NCBI RefSeq assembly: GCF_006345805.1
Contig: NC_043002.1
Coordinates: 48,918,001 to 48,982,000 of the forward strand
DNA: 64,000 nucleotides
Source of the DNA: Octopus sinensis
Lineage: Eukaryota
Direction: 5' to 3'
Shown in pieces: positions 48,716 through 61,001 of this stretch (position 1 is the stretch's first letter; each line of letters starts with the position of its first letter). The translations under genes and the position numbers were made by a program. A model generated the notes under the pieces. The model was not told the origin of the DNA. It saw only the letters and a list, made by a program, of their open reading frames with translations, and searched no databases.

Positions 48716-49270
48716 TGAGTGAGCGAGCAGAGCATGCCATCAAAGTGACACTGGGGTAAAATATACGAAGCCCAGTATACCCATTATGACTACCCGTCTG
48801 ATAAGGGTACACCAGGCACATGCATCACAACCATATGTGCGAGACATGGTGATCTCATATCAAGATAAACAGCACATGACCTTGCAGGTGGAGCCCAGTT
48901 AGAATTTTCTTCAGATAGAGTAACCCATCCCACTCAAAAGATCCCTGAATAAGGGTTGTTTAAGAACGTTGAACGAAACACCCATGTTTCCAGAGGTGAA
49001 TTATTCAAACCCCAAAGAATCCTTCTCAACACATGGCTATGATGCTCCCCCACTACTTCTGCTCGTGATCAGAGATGCACATATCGTCAGCCACTAAGGG
49101 ACATGCTCAACTGGTTAAGGTCAAACAACTGACAAGCAAATCTGTGGTATTGAGCAGAATATTTGCTGTAGCCCATCTTTTATACCAAGACAAAACAATG
49201 TACATGATAACACTTCCAATCAGTTAAGATCAGAAGCCATGAGAGCCACTGCCTGGTACTGCATCAGGGC
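48716..49270 (-). mobile_element. ~550 bp non-coding dispersed element flanked by (TAT)n on both sides
   Basis: Sharp GC-richer block between two ATT arrays; recalled as a high-copy octopus repeat; class and orientation uncertain. Confidence 0.5.
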
Positions 49271-49293
49271 ATTTATTATTACTATTATTATTA

Positions 49294-49330
<37 letters not shown>

Positions 49331-49364
49331 CATCATCATCATCATCATTATTATTATCTTTTAC

Positions 49365-49700
49365 TTATTAGTCATTCTGGGGCACCCCTTTGAAGTGTTT
49401 GGTCAGACAAATCGACACCAGTACTCATTTTATTTAAAGTTTGGAACTTATTCTATCAGTCTCTTGCCAAACTGCTAAGTTACAAAGATGTAAAGAACCC
49501 AAGTGTCAAAGAATGGGGAACAAACACAAAGGCACACACACACACACACACATACACACACACACTCACTTGTACGATGGGCTTCCACATTGTTTCTATC
49601 TACCAAATTTGCTCACGAGGCCTTAGTCATCTAGAGTCTATACTAGAAGTCTCTTGCCCTGGGTGTGTTGTACTGAATGTAAAGCCATGTCCTTGCAAAG
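49365..49700 (-). mobile_element. SINE family A
   Basis: Tail and degenerate head. Confidence 0.7.
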
Positions 49701-49771
49701 CAAGATTTGTAAACATGAATTAATTAATTAATTTATTTATTTATTTATATATCTATTTATTTTTGTCTAAA

Positions 49772-50172
49772 AGGCACAGGAGTGGCTGTGTGGCAAGCAG
49801 CTTGCTTACCAGTAAGTTTGCTTACTGGTTCATTCCCACTGTGTGGCACCTTGGGCAAGTGTCTTCTACTATAGCCTAGGGCCGACCAAAGCCTTGTGAG
49901 TGGATCTGGTAGATGGAAACTGAAAAAAGCCCATCGTATATATGTATATATATATGTATGTGTGTGTATATGTTTTTGTGTCTGTGTTTGTCCCCCAACA
50001 TCGCTTGACAACCGATGTAGTGTGTTTGCGTCCCTGTAACTTAGCAGTTCGGCAAAAGAGACCGATAGAATAAGTACTAGGCTTACAAAGAATAAGTTCT
50101 GGGGTTGAATTGCTTGACTAAAGGAGGTGCTCCAGCATGGCCGCAGTCAAAATAAAAGAGTAAAAGAGTAAA
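49772..50172 (+). mobile_element. SINE family A, full length
   Basis: Complete head, internal tract and tail. Confidence 0.9.
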
Positions 50173-51554
50173 AGGAATCACACTTCAGTCCTAAAAATTC
50201 TCAACATGTCTGAAATGAAGAGAGTGATGGTGGTGGTAGTAGTGGTGTTGGTGGTTATAGTAGTAGTGGTGGCAGCAGCAGCAGCAGTGGCGGTAGCAGT
50301 GGCAGTGGTGGTGGTGGTGGTGGTGGTGGTGATGGGAAAGAAGAAAGTAGCAACTTGAATATCAACTGTACAATGACATATTGGATTTATAGGTTACTCC
50401 CAAATGTGAGTTCAGTCACCTCTGTGTCATAGGTCTTATCCAGCAGGGTTGATTGGCAAGGCCCATCTTCAACAACAACAACAACAAAAGTAATGGCAAA
50501 CAACACTAATGATGACAGTGTTGATGATGATGGCAAGAAAGGTGAAAAGCAACTGCAACAGCAGCAGTTGTAGTAGTAGCAGCATCAACAGCAGCAGCGA
50601 CAATAACAGCAGGCTGTAGCTTCCATAACAATAAATCCTGTCAGTGAGTGAGTGACACCCCTACTGTGATAGAAGACAATATAAAGCATGAAAGAAAGAA
50701 AGAAAGAAAATATTTGGAGTTATTTATTGTGAAATAACTTTTACCTTTAGAAAACAATTTAAGCAGTCTTTTATATACGGTTTGAATTTAAAAAAAAAAG
50801 TTAAATATTTTATTCAATTTCTGCCACTAAATATAGTTTAAGTATTGCAGTTTAACACATCTTTGCTTAAATATTTAAATTTCAAAACGTTATCATGACA
50901 AAATTTTCTGATATTTTATCAGCTTTCAACACTAAACAAACCGACAAGATTTGACCATCTGTTTCTCTATTTCAATGAAGCTGTTTATACAGCCAGTTCT
51001 GAGGGGGTCAAGTGTCATCACTAATTATGGCTCCCTGTTATCCATTAACGAAATATTATCTTACATTCATACGGCAATGATAATCAATTTCTTTTCGAAC
51101 ATTGTTGCACTGAGCAGATTAACTGAATTTACATTCTGTATAACACATCAATCTACTTCTTTAGACAGGGCTTACAAAAGTTGTTGGCATTATTATCAAG
51201 GTGGTTGGTGGAGTGGTAGAAGCATTAGGGTGTTGGACAGAGTGTCTTGAACTATTTGTTTCAGCTTTTCACATTCTGAGTTCAATGACTGTCATGTTTC
51301 ACTTTCCTTTCAAACTTTCTGGGTTTGAGAATATACTGTACCAGTCAAATATTGGGGTTGATATAATCGATTATAAACCTTCTCCAAATTTGAGTCGTTG
51401 TGTCTATGTGAGAAATCAATATGTGAGAAACTGATGAGTAAGAAATTTTCCAAGTCTTATTCATTATTGATGGTATAAAATGTACATTTTCAAGCTCCAC
51501 AATTTATTAACCATAATAGTTTACGTACATACACACACGCACACATCCACGCAC

Positions 51555-51670
51555 ACATACATACATACATACATACATACATACATACATACATACATAC
51601 ATACATACATACATACATACATACATACATACATACATACATAAATACATACGTACATACATACATACAT
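51555..51670. repeat. (TACA)n microsatellite
   Basis: Direct reading. Confidence 0.95.
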
Positions 51671-54002
51671 TGCATGTAAGTATGTATATAGGTATGTATG
51701 TATGTGAATGCATGTATGCATGTATACGTGCATGCAAGAAAGAAGAAAGGAAGGAATTTGTATATACATTAACTTCACATATCCAGCTATCAGACTGTGT
51801 TTTGTGTTTAGAATGTTGGCACATGTGCAAATAATATTCCTAGGAAATCACGACCTACTACTATATTAGCCAATTACCTTTTACTCTCACCTAGCAGCAA
51901 ACAAGCTGGCATTTCTATGGCATTAATGTTTGTAAAACTGTCTGCCAGACCTCTTCCTTCTTTATGATTCCTTTATAAAGTGAACTACACATGAATGCTT
52001 TTCTTCCAGTCTGTGACCTCCAAGTTGAAAGGCACCACTTTAGAGTATAATCTAATAGCCTACAAATTTTTATTTCCTAATCCAACAAAAATCCAGTTAA
52101 TTAAACAAGATAAAACTATTAGTTAAGAACTAAAATAGTAAATCATTTTAATAATTTTCAGTATCTTCAATTGCTTTACTACATTTTCTCTCAATAGCAT
52201 CTTTGCTTTGTGAAATTTTTACAGCAAGTATAAACAATTTTCAGTGTTAGCTGCTAAAATACATTAGAAAGCTGAATATATCTTAATAAACCTTCCAACA
52301 GTAAAACTTTTAAGATGTGGAAACTTTATTATCAGAAGTAATCAGAGTCACATGGAAAGACAGTTGTATGCGTAAGCATAATCTAGCATAGTAGTTATGA
52401 AATGACAAACTGGATGGAGAAGAAGGAAAGAGAGCCTTCAATTTTGATAATTTGTAGTCATTTTGGTCCAAGACTTCTGAAGACTGATTGAAAGTATTAG
52501 GAATTAGTTTGATGCAAACTTGCCATCTAATTATGGCACTGCTGAGCTAGCATGTTATTGCTATTATAAGTAGCATGGTTTATCTTTTACTAATTGGTTT
52601 ACAATCAGTGTATCTAATAGACCAATGTGTTCTCACTATCACAGTCCACAAATTGCCAACCAAACATTTTTAAATTGAAATATTTCCCTGCTAAATTCAA
52701 TTGGTCTTTGCTGCAGTATCTGTCATAACGTTTTCTCTTTTGTTATTCATGACCTTCTTGTTTTTCTAGCACCCTCTTCCTCTTTCCACAATCTACCTGC
52801 TTTGCATTGCAAGAGGACTTTATTCAAACACCATGCCCTCCCTGCTTTGCTGCATTAAGCTGTCTGCTGCCAAGTCTAAAATTGCATTATTCAATAATCT
52901 ACATGAGCATCAGTGTCACATTTGTATGTTGAAACATTCTATCTGAGCACATGTTTGTGAGTAAATGAACCAACTTGGGTGTCACTCAAACAAAAACATT
53001 CCTCAAATCAGAGCACAAAATGAATATATGTTGATTACAAGTATTCAGTTCCAGCGTATACAACTAAAGAGTCAATAGATATGCAAATACTACTGTGGGT
53101 CTCTTCCTCTTCTCTTTTGACTGTAACACTAAAATAAAGCTAGTAGTGTGTTTATTAGAAGACAACAGCAACTTTAGAAGGATACATGCAACATCAATAT
53201 TAATGGAAGCAAATAAATATGAATTAATTTATTTAGTTCTATGAATCTACTTCTTTTAAACTTTTCTAAATTTTTTTTTTCCTTTTGTGGTTTTTAAAGT
53301 GGCTTTTCAAAGTATTTATATTCAGATTTAAATATCTATATATTAAAAGTATAACAATGCAGAAACTGAGGAAACATAGTTGACAGCTATGTTGAGAATA
53401 TAAAAATCTTTTAAACAATGGATAGCAAAATTAATTTAAGTCATTGCTGGAAGATAATTAAAGACACACAGGAAATGTTCAGAAGTAATAGTCAATAATT
53501 AGATTTCCATATGACAAATGTTTAAAAAAACATATATTGAAAAGAAAGAAAAAAAATCCCCTTAAAAGGTATGATTAATTATTCAAGTAAAAATTATTTA
53601 TATTAGATAATATGAAATCAATAGGGAAAATATTTATTGAGTAAAGGTTTTAATATAGACATCATGCTTAATTTGTTCAATAACTTTTATATTCAGCAAT
53701 ATATATCTAATCCATGAAATATACAAAGTAAAATGGATTTGAATCGTAAAGCCAAATGCATAAAGGGCTGAACATGAAAAGACCAAATTTCAAATGACCA
53801 AAACATCAGTATATCTAAAGCATGAAAGCTCAAAAAATGCAGTATACCAAATGTTATTAGGTCAACAACTCAAAATTCTGAATTTTGAAATAATTAGTTT
53901 TGAAATAATATTTAGTTTTGAAAAGGAGTAAGTTTGAGAAACATTATAGCATTCTTAAAAAGAAATTAAAGTACATTGTAGGGATATGATACTGATGATA
54001 TA

Positions 54003-55283
54003 CAGGGTGCGATGGGCGAATTGTTGCTATTTTATATTTTAAATTTTGTACATGTGCATTGTTTGTTTTTAATTTTGGTGACTACACAGTACAGCAGGGC
54101 CAGTTGGACACCACCTGTGAGAAAGACAGCACCATGATGCAATTCACTCTGCCAGAAATTTAGAAAAGACATGCTGTACTGCTTGGCATTTGAGCCGGAA
54201 GCTCTGGTATGAACATTTCAGAGTGTTTAGGTGTCAATCTGAAGATAGTGCAGAGTTTTCGGAAAGAGTTGGATGAGTGTAATGGTTATTATGAAGGTAT
54301 GGCAGCGTGGAAAACTCACTCTGATCGTTCTGATAAGAATAGAACTCCTGAATTTGTTAGTGAGATCCAGGCCATGATTGACAAGATCCCTCCAAGTCAA
54401 TCAAGTCCATTGCCAGGGACATGGGAGTGTCTGACTTTCTTATCAGACAGGTAGTGCATGAAGGCATTCAATATTCTTCATACAAGATGAGAAAGGGCCA
54501 ATTTTTATCCTAAGCCAGCAAAGTCAAGAGGGTAAACCATGCTACAAAACTTTTGAACAAGCTCAAACTTCCAACCAAATATGCTTTAGTTTTTCTCAGG
54601 CGAGAAATATTTCTGTCAGGATCAGATGGTGAACACACAGAACAACTGTTGGCTTGCCATGTCCTCTAAACATGTACTGAGAGGGATAAAAATCAAACAT
54701 CCAGTCAACATGATGGTGTTTGGAGTGATCACTAGTGATGGTGATGTTATGCCTCCACTCAACTTCCCAAACAGCCTCAGACTCAACACAAAAGCCTACA
54801 TCAAGTGCCTGGAGTAGGTATTGCTGCCCTGGGTCAAGAGGGTGGCTGCTGGAAGATCCTATGTCTGGCAACAGGACTCTGCACCATGCCACACAAGTAG
54901 GAGAACCCAGTCTTGACTGTCAGACAATTTCTGCAACTACATCACCCTAACATCTAGCCACCTAACTCCCCAAAGTGCAACTCCCTTGATTATTATGTGT
55001 GGCGTGCTGTTGAGCAGAGACCAACAAAACACCAAAGATGAACTGAAGTCAAGGATTATAGCAGCATTCACTAACTTAAACAAGGAGACCATTCAGAAGA
55101 GTTACAGGAGATTCTAAAGTCATCTGGAGACAGTAGTTGGAGCCAATGGTGATTTTATTGAAGTATTTTACTCTTTAGTATTTCATGATATTTTCATGTA
55201 ATTTTGGTAAATATATCTGTTTAAGTGAGATGTCAGTGTTATTTTCATTTTTGAATAATTTAGATGAAAATTTATTCACTGCA
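54003..55283 (+). mobile_element. IS630-Tc1-mariner DNA transposon, DD37D (maT) type, dead; pseudo-ORF ~54134-55165
   Basis: TA|CAGGGTGCG left TIR; motifs FSGEK, HPVNMMVFGVITSDG, WQQDSAPCH and PPNSPKCNSLDYYVW; 37 residues between the second and third Asp after correcting one frameshift; right TIR degenerate. Confidence 0.85.
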
Positions 55284-55714
55284 ATTTTATTCATATATAT
55301 ATATGAATACTTTATTAGTTTTTTTATCAAATATTTCTGTTCTTTAAACTCTCTAATTATTGTATTTTTTCAATTCAAATATAAACATAATGTATAGCAA
55401 AAAGTGCCAAAATTTGATTGAGCAAAATTAGGCTCATGCATTTGCTTCTCTCCCTTTGCCATAACTATTTCAATCTATAATGACAATATCCAAACATCAG
55501 CTTTTTGATTATTTCTGCAACAAGAAAGTTTGTAAAATGGAAATAAACGATAAATAAACTGTTTAAGTTTTCATTTGTCTTCAATACTGAAGTCTTGTAA
55601 AACAATTTTGAAGTTTTCTATTTTGTGTCTCAAATAAAGTCCCCTTTAAAATAGTAAATAAATGTTTTTTAAGACTGTTTTTCTCATTATTTTTCATTGA
55701 AATTTTCGTTTGCT

Positions 55715-55870
55715 GCTATGTTCTGAGTTCTAATTCTGCCAAGGCCGACTTTGCCTTTCGTACTTTCGGAGTCAATAAATTAAGTACAAGTTGAGTACTG
55801 GGGTTGATGTAATTGACTTGCCCTTTCCCCCAAAATTTCAGGCCTTGTACCTATAATAGAAAGGATTATT
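55715..55870 (+). mobile_element. SINE family B, 5'-truncated
   Basis: GAGTTCTAATTCTGCCAAGGCCGACTTTGCCTTTC..AGAAAGGATTATT. Confidence 0.8.
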
Positions 55871-57025
55871 TTTCATTGAAATATTTAAGCACTCAGTATT
55901 CTGAGATTTTGATTTAAAAAATTTTTAATATTCTGATTTTTCAATAATTTGAAATTTGGCTTTCTTCAAGCCATCCTTCTTATGATCAGTATTCCTTCCC
56001 CATCAATGAAAATAACAATTCATTTTATAAACATCCGATGATCATGAACATGATAATGTTGATGATAAATGTACTTATAATCTAATAATTGTAAGTTTTC
56101 TTAAATAGGAAACAATATCTTTTGCAAACAAAATCATTTTCATACTTATTCTTAATGTTGTTTTACTATTTTTCTTCATATTATTTCTATAAAGAATGTA
56201 TAAAATTTATAATTTTGTAATGTTAACTGGTTTAATGTATTTGGTATAGTCTTCAAAGTTGAATTCTACAAAGTTGTCTGTCTCGTTTTCAACAGCTTTT
56301 TTCTTAATTCCCCTATCAATTAAAAATGTAGATTTGATCACAAATATTCTAATTCAGATGTGCTAAGCTATTATTACTGAGAGAGAAAAGTATAAGAATT
56401 AAAAGTTATTATATCTGACAGAACTCATTTTGAATTTATATTATTTTTGGTGGAGTAAATTATTGTCCTAATACATTGTTATATTTGAGAATTAATTTGT
56501 CAATGATTCTTAAATTCTTTTGAAACTCTTGTTTAAGAGATATGAAATATCTTTACAATTGATAATCCATTTCTATTGAATATTACAACCCATCATAAGT
56601 TATAAATTATGGGTCATTGTGCCAATGAGAAACCTATTTGAAGTTGCTTACTCTTTCAGAAATAATAGCCAAATCTCTCTCAAATTACACCTTGCTTTCT
56701 ATGAAAAAACAAAATGGATACATTGGACAGTATAATGCTAGATGCACAAAGAGATGGGATGGTCAAGGATGGAACACCTTCATCAAAGATGTGCTCAGTA
56801 AGGATTGGCAACATTTATGGTTTCTGACTTTTGTATTATAAAATGTTTTAAAATTTTGAAATTAAAACACTTGAAATAGGTTAAGAAGTTTGCTTTGAAA
56901 TTTATGATGTTGGTCTCATCCCACTATGCAGCATCTTGTCCTCTGTTAGTTTTCTGCTATAACACTCAAGCTGACTAAAGCCTTGTGAGTAAATTTGGTA
57001 GCTATAAACTGTGTGGAAGCCCATC

Positions 57026-57069
<44 letters not shown>

Positions 57070-57320
57070 GTCATAAATGACAGAGAAATAGTTTAATAAA
57101 ATTTTATTTAACAATAACAAAATCCTAATATCATGATAAATTGTTTTGTAAATAATTTATATTAATGCAAAGTGCAAAAAATCCTTCAAAATATTGCAGA
57201 ATTTATGCTATGTATGTCAAGTGTTCAGTTTTATTTCAAGATTTCTTGCCAATAGAGAAAGAACCGGTTTCTAACCTAGATCCAAGCCTCCCTCATTGGA
57301 ATTTCAATGTCCACAACAAA

Positions 57321-57354
<34 letters not shown>

Positions 57355-57959
57355 ATGTATGTGTAGAGATTTATATGTTTTGCTTTATGTATGTATTCTC
57401 ATGCTTTCAGTTGCATATCTAGATATGTTCATATATATTTAAGTGCTAAACTTCTGGAAAGTTTTACAGATTTTTACAGTTTATGTATGTATGTATGAAT
57501 GCATACATGCATTCATACATACACACACACATGCACGTGATTTAGTGTGTGCTTGTGTTTATGTGTGCCCTCCCTATAGCTTGACAATTGGTGTTAGTTT
57601 GTTTATGTCCCTATAACTTAGCAGTTTGGCAATGGAAACCAATAGAATAAATACCAGACCTAAAAAAAAATAAGCACTGGGGTCAATTTGTTTGATTAAA
57701 CCCCAGCATAACCACAGCTCAATGATTGAAAATAGATTGATTGAAAATAATGATTGAAAATAGAACATAAAGAGGATTTTATAAATCCATCCTCAGTATA
57801 TGGAGATTGGGATGCATATGTTGCTTATCAAATTTAATTACCATAGAATCAATCAATCTCTTTTTTAGATCAGTCATGATTCCTAATACAAATTGGGTTG
57901 TGGAGGAAGAGGAAGGGTACAACCAATGACATCTACCCAGTATTTGATTCGTACTTTAC

Positions 57960-58183
57960 TCTTTTACTTGTTTCAGTCATTAGATTACAGCCATGATGGG
58001 GCACAACCCTAAAGAATTCTAGTTGAATAAATTAATCCCAGGACTTTTTTTTTAAGCCTGATACTTATTCTATCAGTCATTTTTGTTGAATCGCTAAGTT
58101 ACAAGGACATAAACGCACCAACACTGGTTGTCAAGTGGTGGTGGGGTACAAACACAGACACAAACACATGCACACACACACAC

Positions 58184-58234
<51 letters not shown>

Positions 58235-58385
58235 GGGTTTCTTTCAGTTACTATCTACCAAATCCACTGACAAGGCTTTGGTCAGCCTGAGGCAATAGTA
58301 GAAGACACTTGCCTAAAGTGCCATGCAGTGGGACTGAACTCAGCACCATGTGGTTGGGAAGTAAACGTCTTACTACACAGCTACT
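57960..58385 (-). mobile_element. SINE family A, full length
   Basis: Tail CTTTTACTTGTTTCAGTCA, CA tract and head. Confidence 0.85.
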
Positions 58386-60473
58386 TCTATGTGATTTGTG
58401 AGAGATTTTGATTGCTATTTCTAACAGATCAAACAATTGCATTGTGTCTCCCTTGTCATCAAAGAGTTCAATACTGATCAAATTCTATGCCATTACAATG
58501 ACATCAAAATCCAAGTTATTATCTGAAAGTAACTTTTACCTGTATTTGTTGTAGATTGTCAGTGTTAATAATAATCAGAGCAAACTAGCACATGGGACTA
58601 AATATACTGTTCTAGGAAATTTTACCCTTCTCAGTTCTAAGTTAAAATTGCAAGGAAGTTAACTTTGTATTTCATCCCTTCTGGTGTGATAAATTAACTG
58701 ACAGAAATATAATACTGGGCTCTATACAATTAGCTGTAATAATTCTTTTAACAAATGAACCTATGTTTAAGTAAGATAATCAATACTTATAGCAAGATAT
58801 AACCAAATGGTAGAGCATGAGGCTTATAATGTTTGTATCAATTCCTCTACATTTTGAGTTTAGATCTTGCTAGAGATGATTTTGCTTTTCATGTACCTTT
58901 GGATAATGAGATAAATGCAAGTAATAAACTGGGAAAGGTAGTGAATTGGCAGAGTAGTTAGAACATTGAATAAAATGTTAGCTGGTATTTATTCCAGTTC
59001 TTTACACTCTGAGTACAAATCCCAGCCATAATCAATTTTGCCATTTGATAAATAAAGCACCAGCCAAGTACTGGGGTTATTGCTTCTCTCTCTCCCTCTC
59101 TCCTTCTCCATTTTTCTCTGCTTCCTGCTTTCTTTCTTTTCCTCTTTCTTCCCCCTTCCCTATGTCTTCTTCATCCTCTCTTTCCATATCTCCTTCTCTT
59201 CTCTTTCATTCTTTCTCTCTCAACATTTGCTATAGTTGACAAGATAGTGCCTTGTATCTTGTAAAAAAAAAAACTGGTAAGAAACCACTAGTTTTATACC
59301 TTAGAGGTACCTTGAGAAACACATATTGATGGCTAAGGTTGTCACTTGGGATCATTGGGTCATTCCTCAACTTGATGATGCAAAGAAGAAAGGAATTAAC
59401 TAGGTTCAATTGAATAAGCTTATACTCTTCTATAAATTTGTGATGTAAAATAAAAATCTTTATTTGTGAGTGTATAATGTTGATATTTTGACCATAATAT
59501 CTGTCTATCAATTGCTTGAACAATATGACCTGATCATGCATTATAACTGTTAACAAACTATTCTATTCTGAACATCATTGTTTGTAGATTGTAAAACTTT
59601 TTTTTTTTTACTTATTTTTCCTTTTTTTTATTTATTTATTTATTTTTTTTACTTATGTACTCTTTCCTTCTGTTCCTTAGAATTTGCAACAACATACCTG
59701 CATACTACACCTTTTATCTAATCAACAAGAAAATACCTAAAATGGAGATGCCACTCCATCAAACAAACAGAATGTAACACTTTTAAAAGTAAAAATTTGT
59801 ACCTCTGTGAGTGCAAATATTTTCTTACAACTAAAAGTAGAACTAACTGTACTGTTAGAAAAAAAATCCTTTAACACTGTTTAAATGAAGCCTTCAACAC
59901 CTCTTGGAGCATTAAACATGTCTTATTAACAAAAGAAAAAGCTGAATATTCTACATTTCTAAATGCAGAAGATATTCCAAAACTGTAGAATCTGTCTTGT
60001 TTATAAATGCTGAACACTGAAGGATTTCATGGCTCTAAACAACTACCTTAATTCTAAATATTTGATATATGTTCTTTTATAATTTTATCTTAGGTAACAC
60101 TATTTTCTCAAACATCTTTTCTGTTCAAGAGACAAAAAAGAAAAATCTTTTGTTCAGAACACAGAAATGAAATTGCAAAACATGAAAATATTAACAATGA
60201 TACTGAGTCAGTTTTTATAAATATTTCCCAATGAGAACTCTTTAAACTTGCAAAAGAATAACATAAAAAAAGAAGAATCCACCCATAAATATAGCAAAAA
60301 AAAAAGCAAAATTACAAACAAAATATATTGGTTAAAGAAAATCAATGTTGCATTTAAATGTTATTTCTTTTTTTTTTTTAAAGTTCTAGACACATCTGCA
60401 ATGAATACCTTACTGTAATCCAGTTGCTGCTGCTGCTGCTACTGCTGCTGATATTGTCACTGCTGCAATACTA

Positions 60474-60525
60474 ATGGCGGCAAAAACGCCATGTTCAGTC
60501 AGATTTTTAGGGTTCATTTTCATTA
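60474..60525 (+). CDS. Candidate start-codon exon with signal-peptide-like sequence
   Basis: ATGGCGGC start, MAAKTPCSVRFLGFIFI, phase-1 donor A|GTGAGT; upstream acceptors at 60383, 60389 and 60423; no homology recognised. Confidence 0.2.
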
Positions 60526-60851
60526 GTGAGTACTTGTTCCTTAACTGATATAGACAACAGTGCTACATCACTGTTGCAGTCTATTAACTCCAAACATCTT
60601 TTCCAAAACACCCAACACAAATTGACATGACAACATTAATTCTCATTTGTGTTAAAGAAAAAAAAAAGAAACAAAGAAAAGTCTTCATATATTTTTTAAA
60701 AAAATCAACTTCAAGAAAAATCTTTGTTTTTTTTACACACAATTCTTTTCCTCTTCTATTATTTTTCTCCCATTTTATTTTCATGTTACTTTTCTCAAGA
60801 GTTTTTTCTTACAAGTTATATATACATAAATGCATACACAAATATATTTCA

Positions 60852-60854
<3 letters not shown>

Positions 60855-60884
<30 letters not shown>

Positions 60885-60913
60885 AATATATATCAATATC
60901 AATATATGTATAC

Positions 60914-61000
<87 letters not shown>
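60855..61000. repeat. Compound TA/CA microsatellite
   Basis: Direct reading. Confidence 0.95.

Positions 61001-61001
<1 letters not shown>

Noticed and set aside
50455-50640. Poly-Q-like stretch
   Set aside because: Interrupted by several TAG and TAA stops; fits a compound CAG/TAG/CAA microsatellite
51431-51465. CUGAUGA followed by a GUAAGA/UCUUAU stem
   Set aside because: No GAAA after the stem and no stem I or III, so not a hammerhead
51891-51970. Minus-strand 80-nt open segment with a GTGAGA donor
   Set aside because: Weak acceptor and no recognisable homology
59305-59403. Plus-strand RYLEKHILMAKVVTWDHWVIPQLDDAKKKGIN* after an AG
   Set aside because: Protein-like but isolated; the opposite-strand ORF is equally open, and neither has recognisable homology
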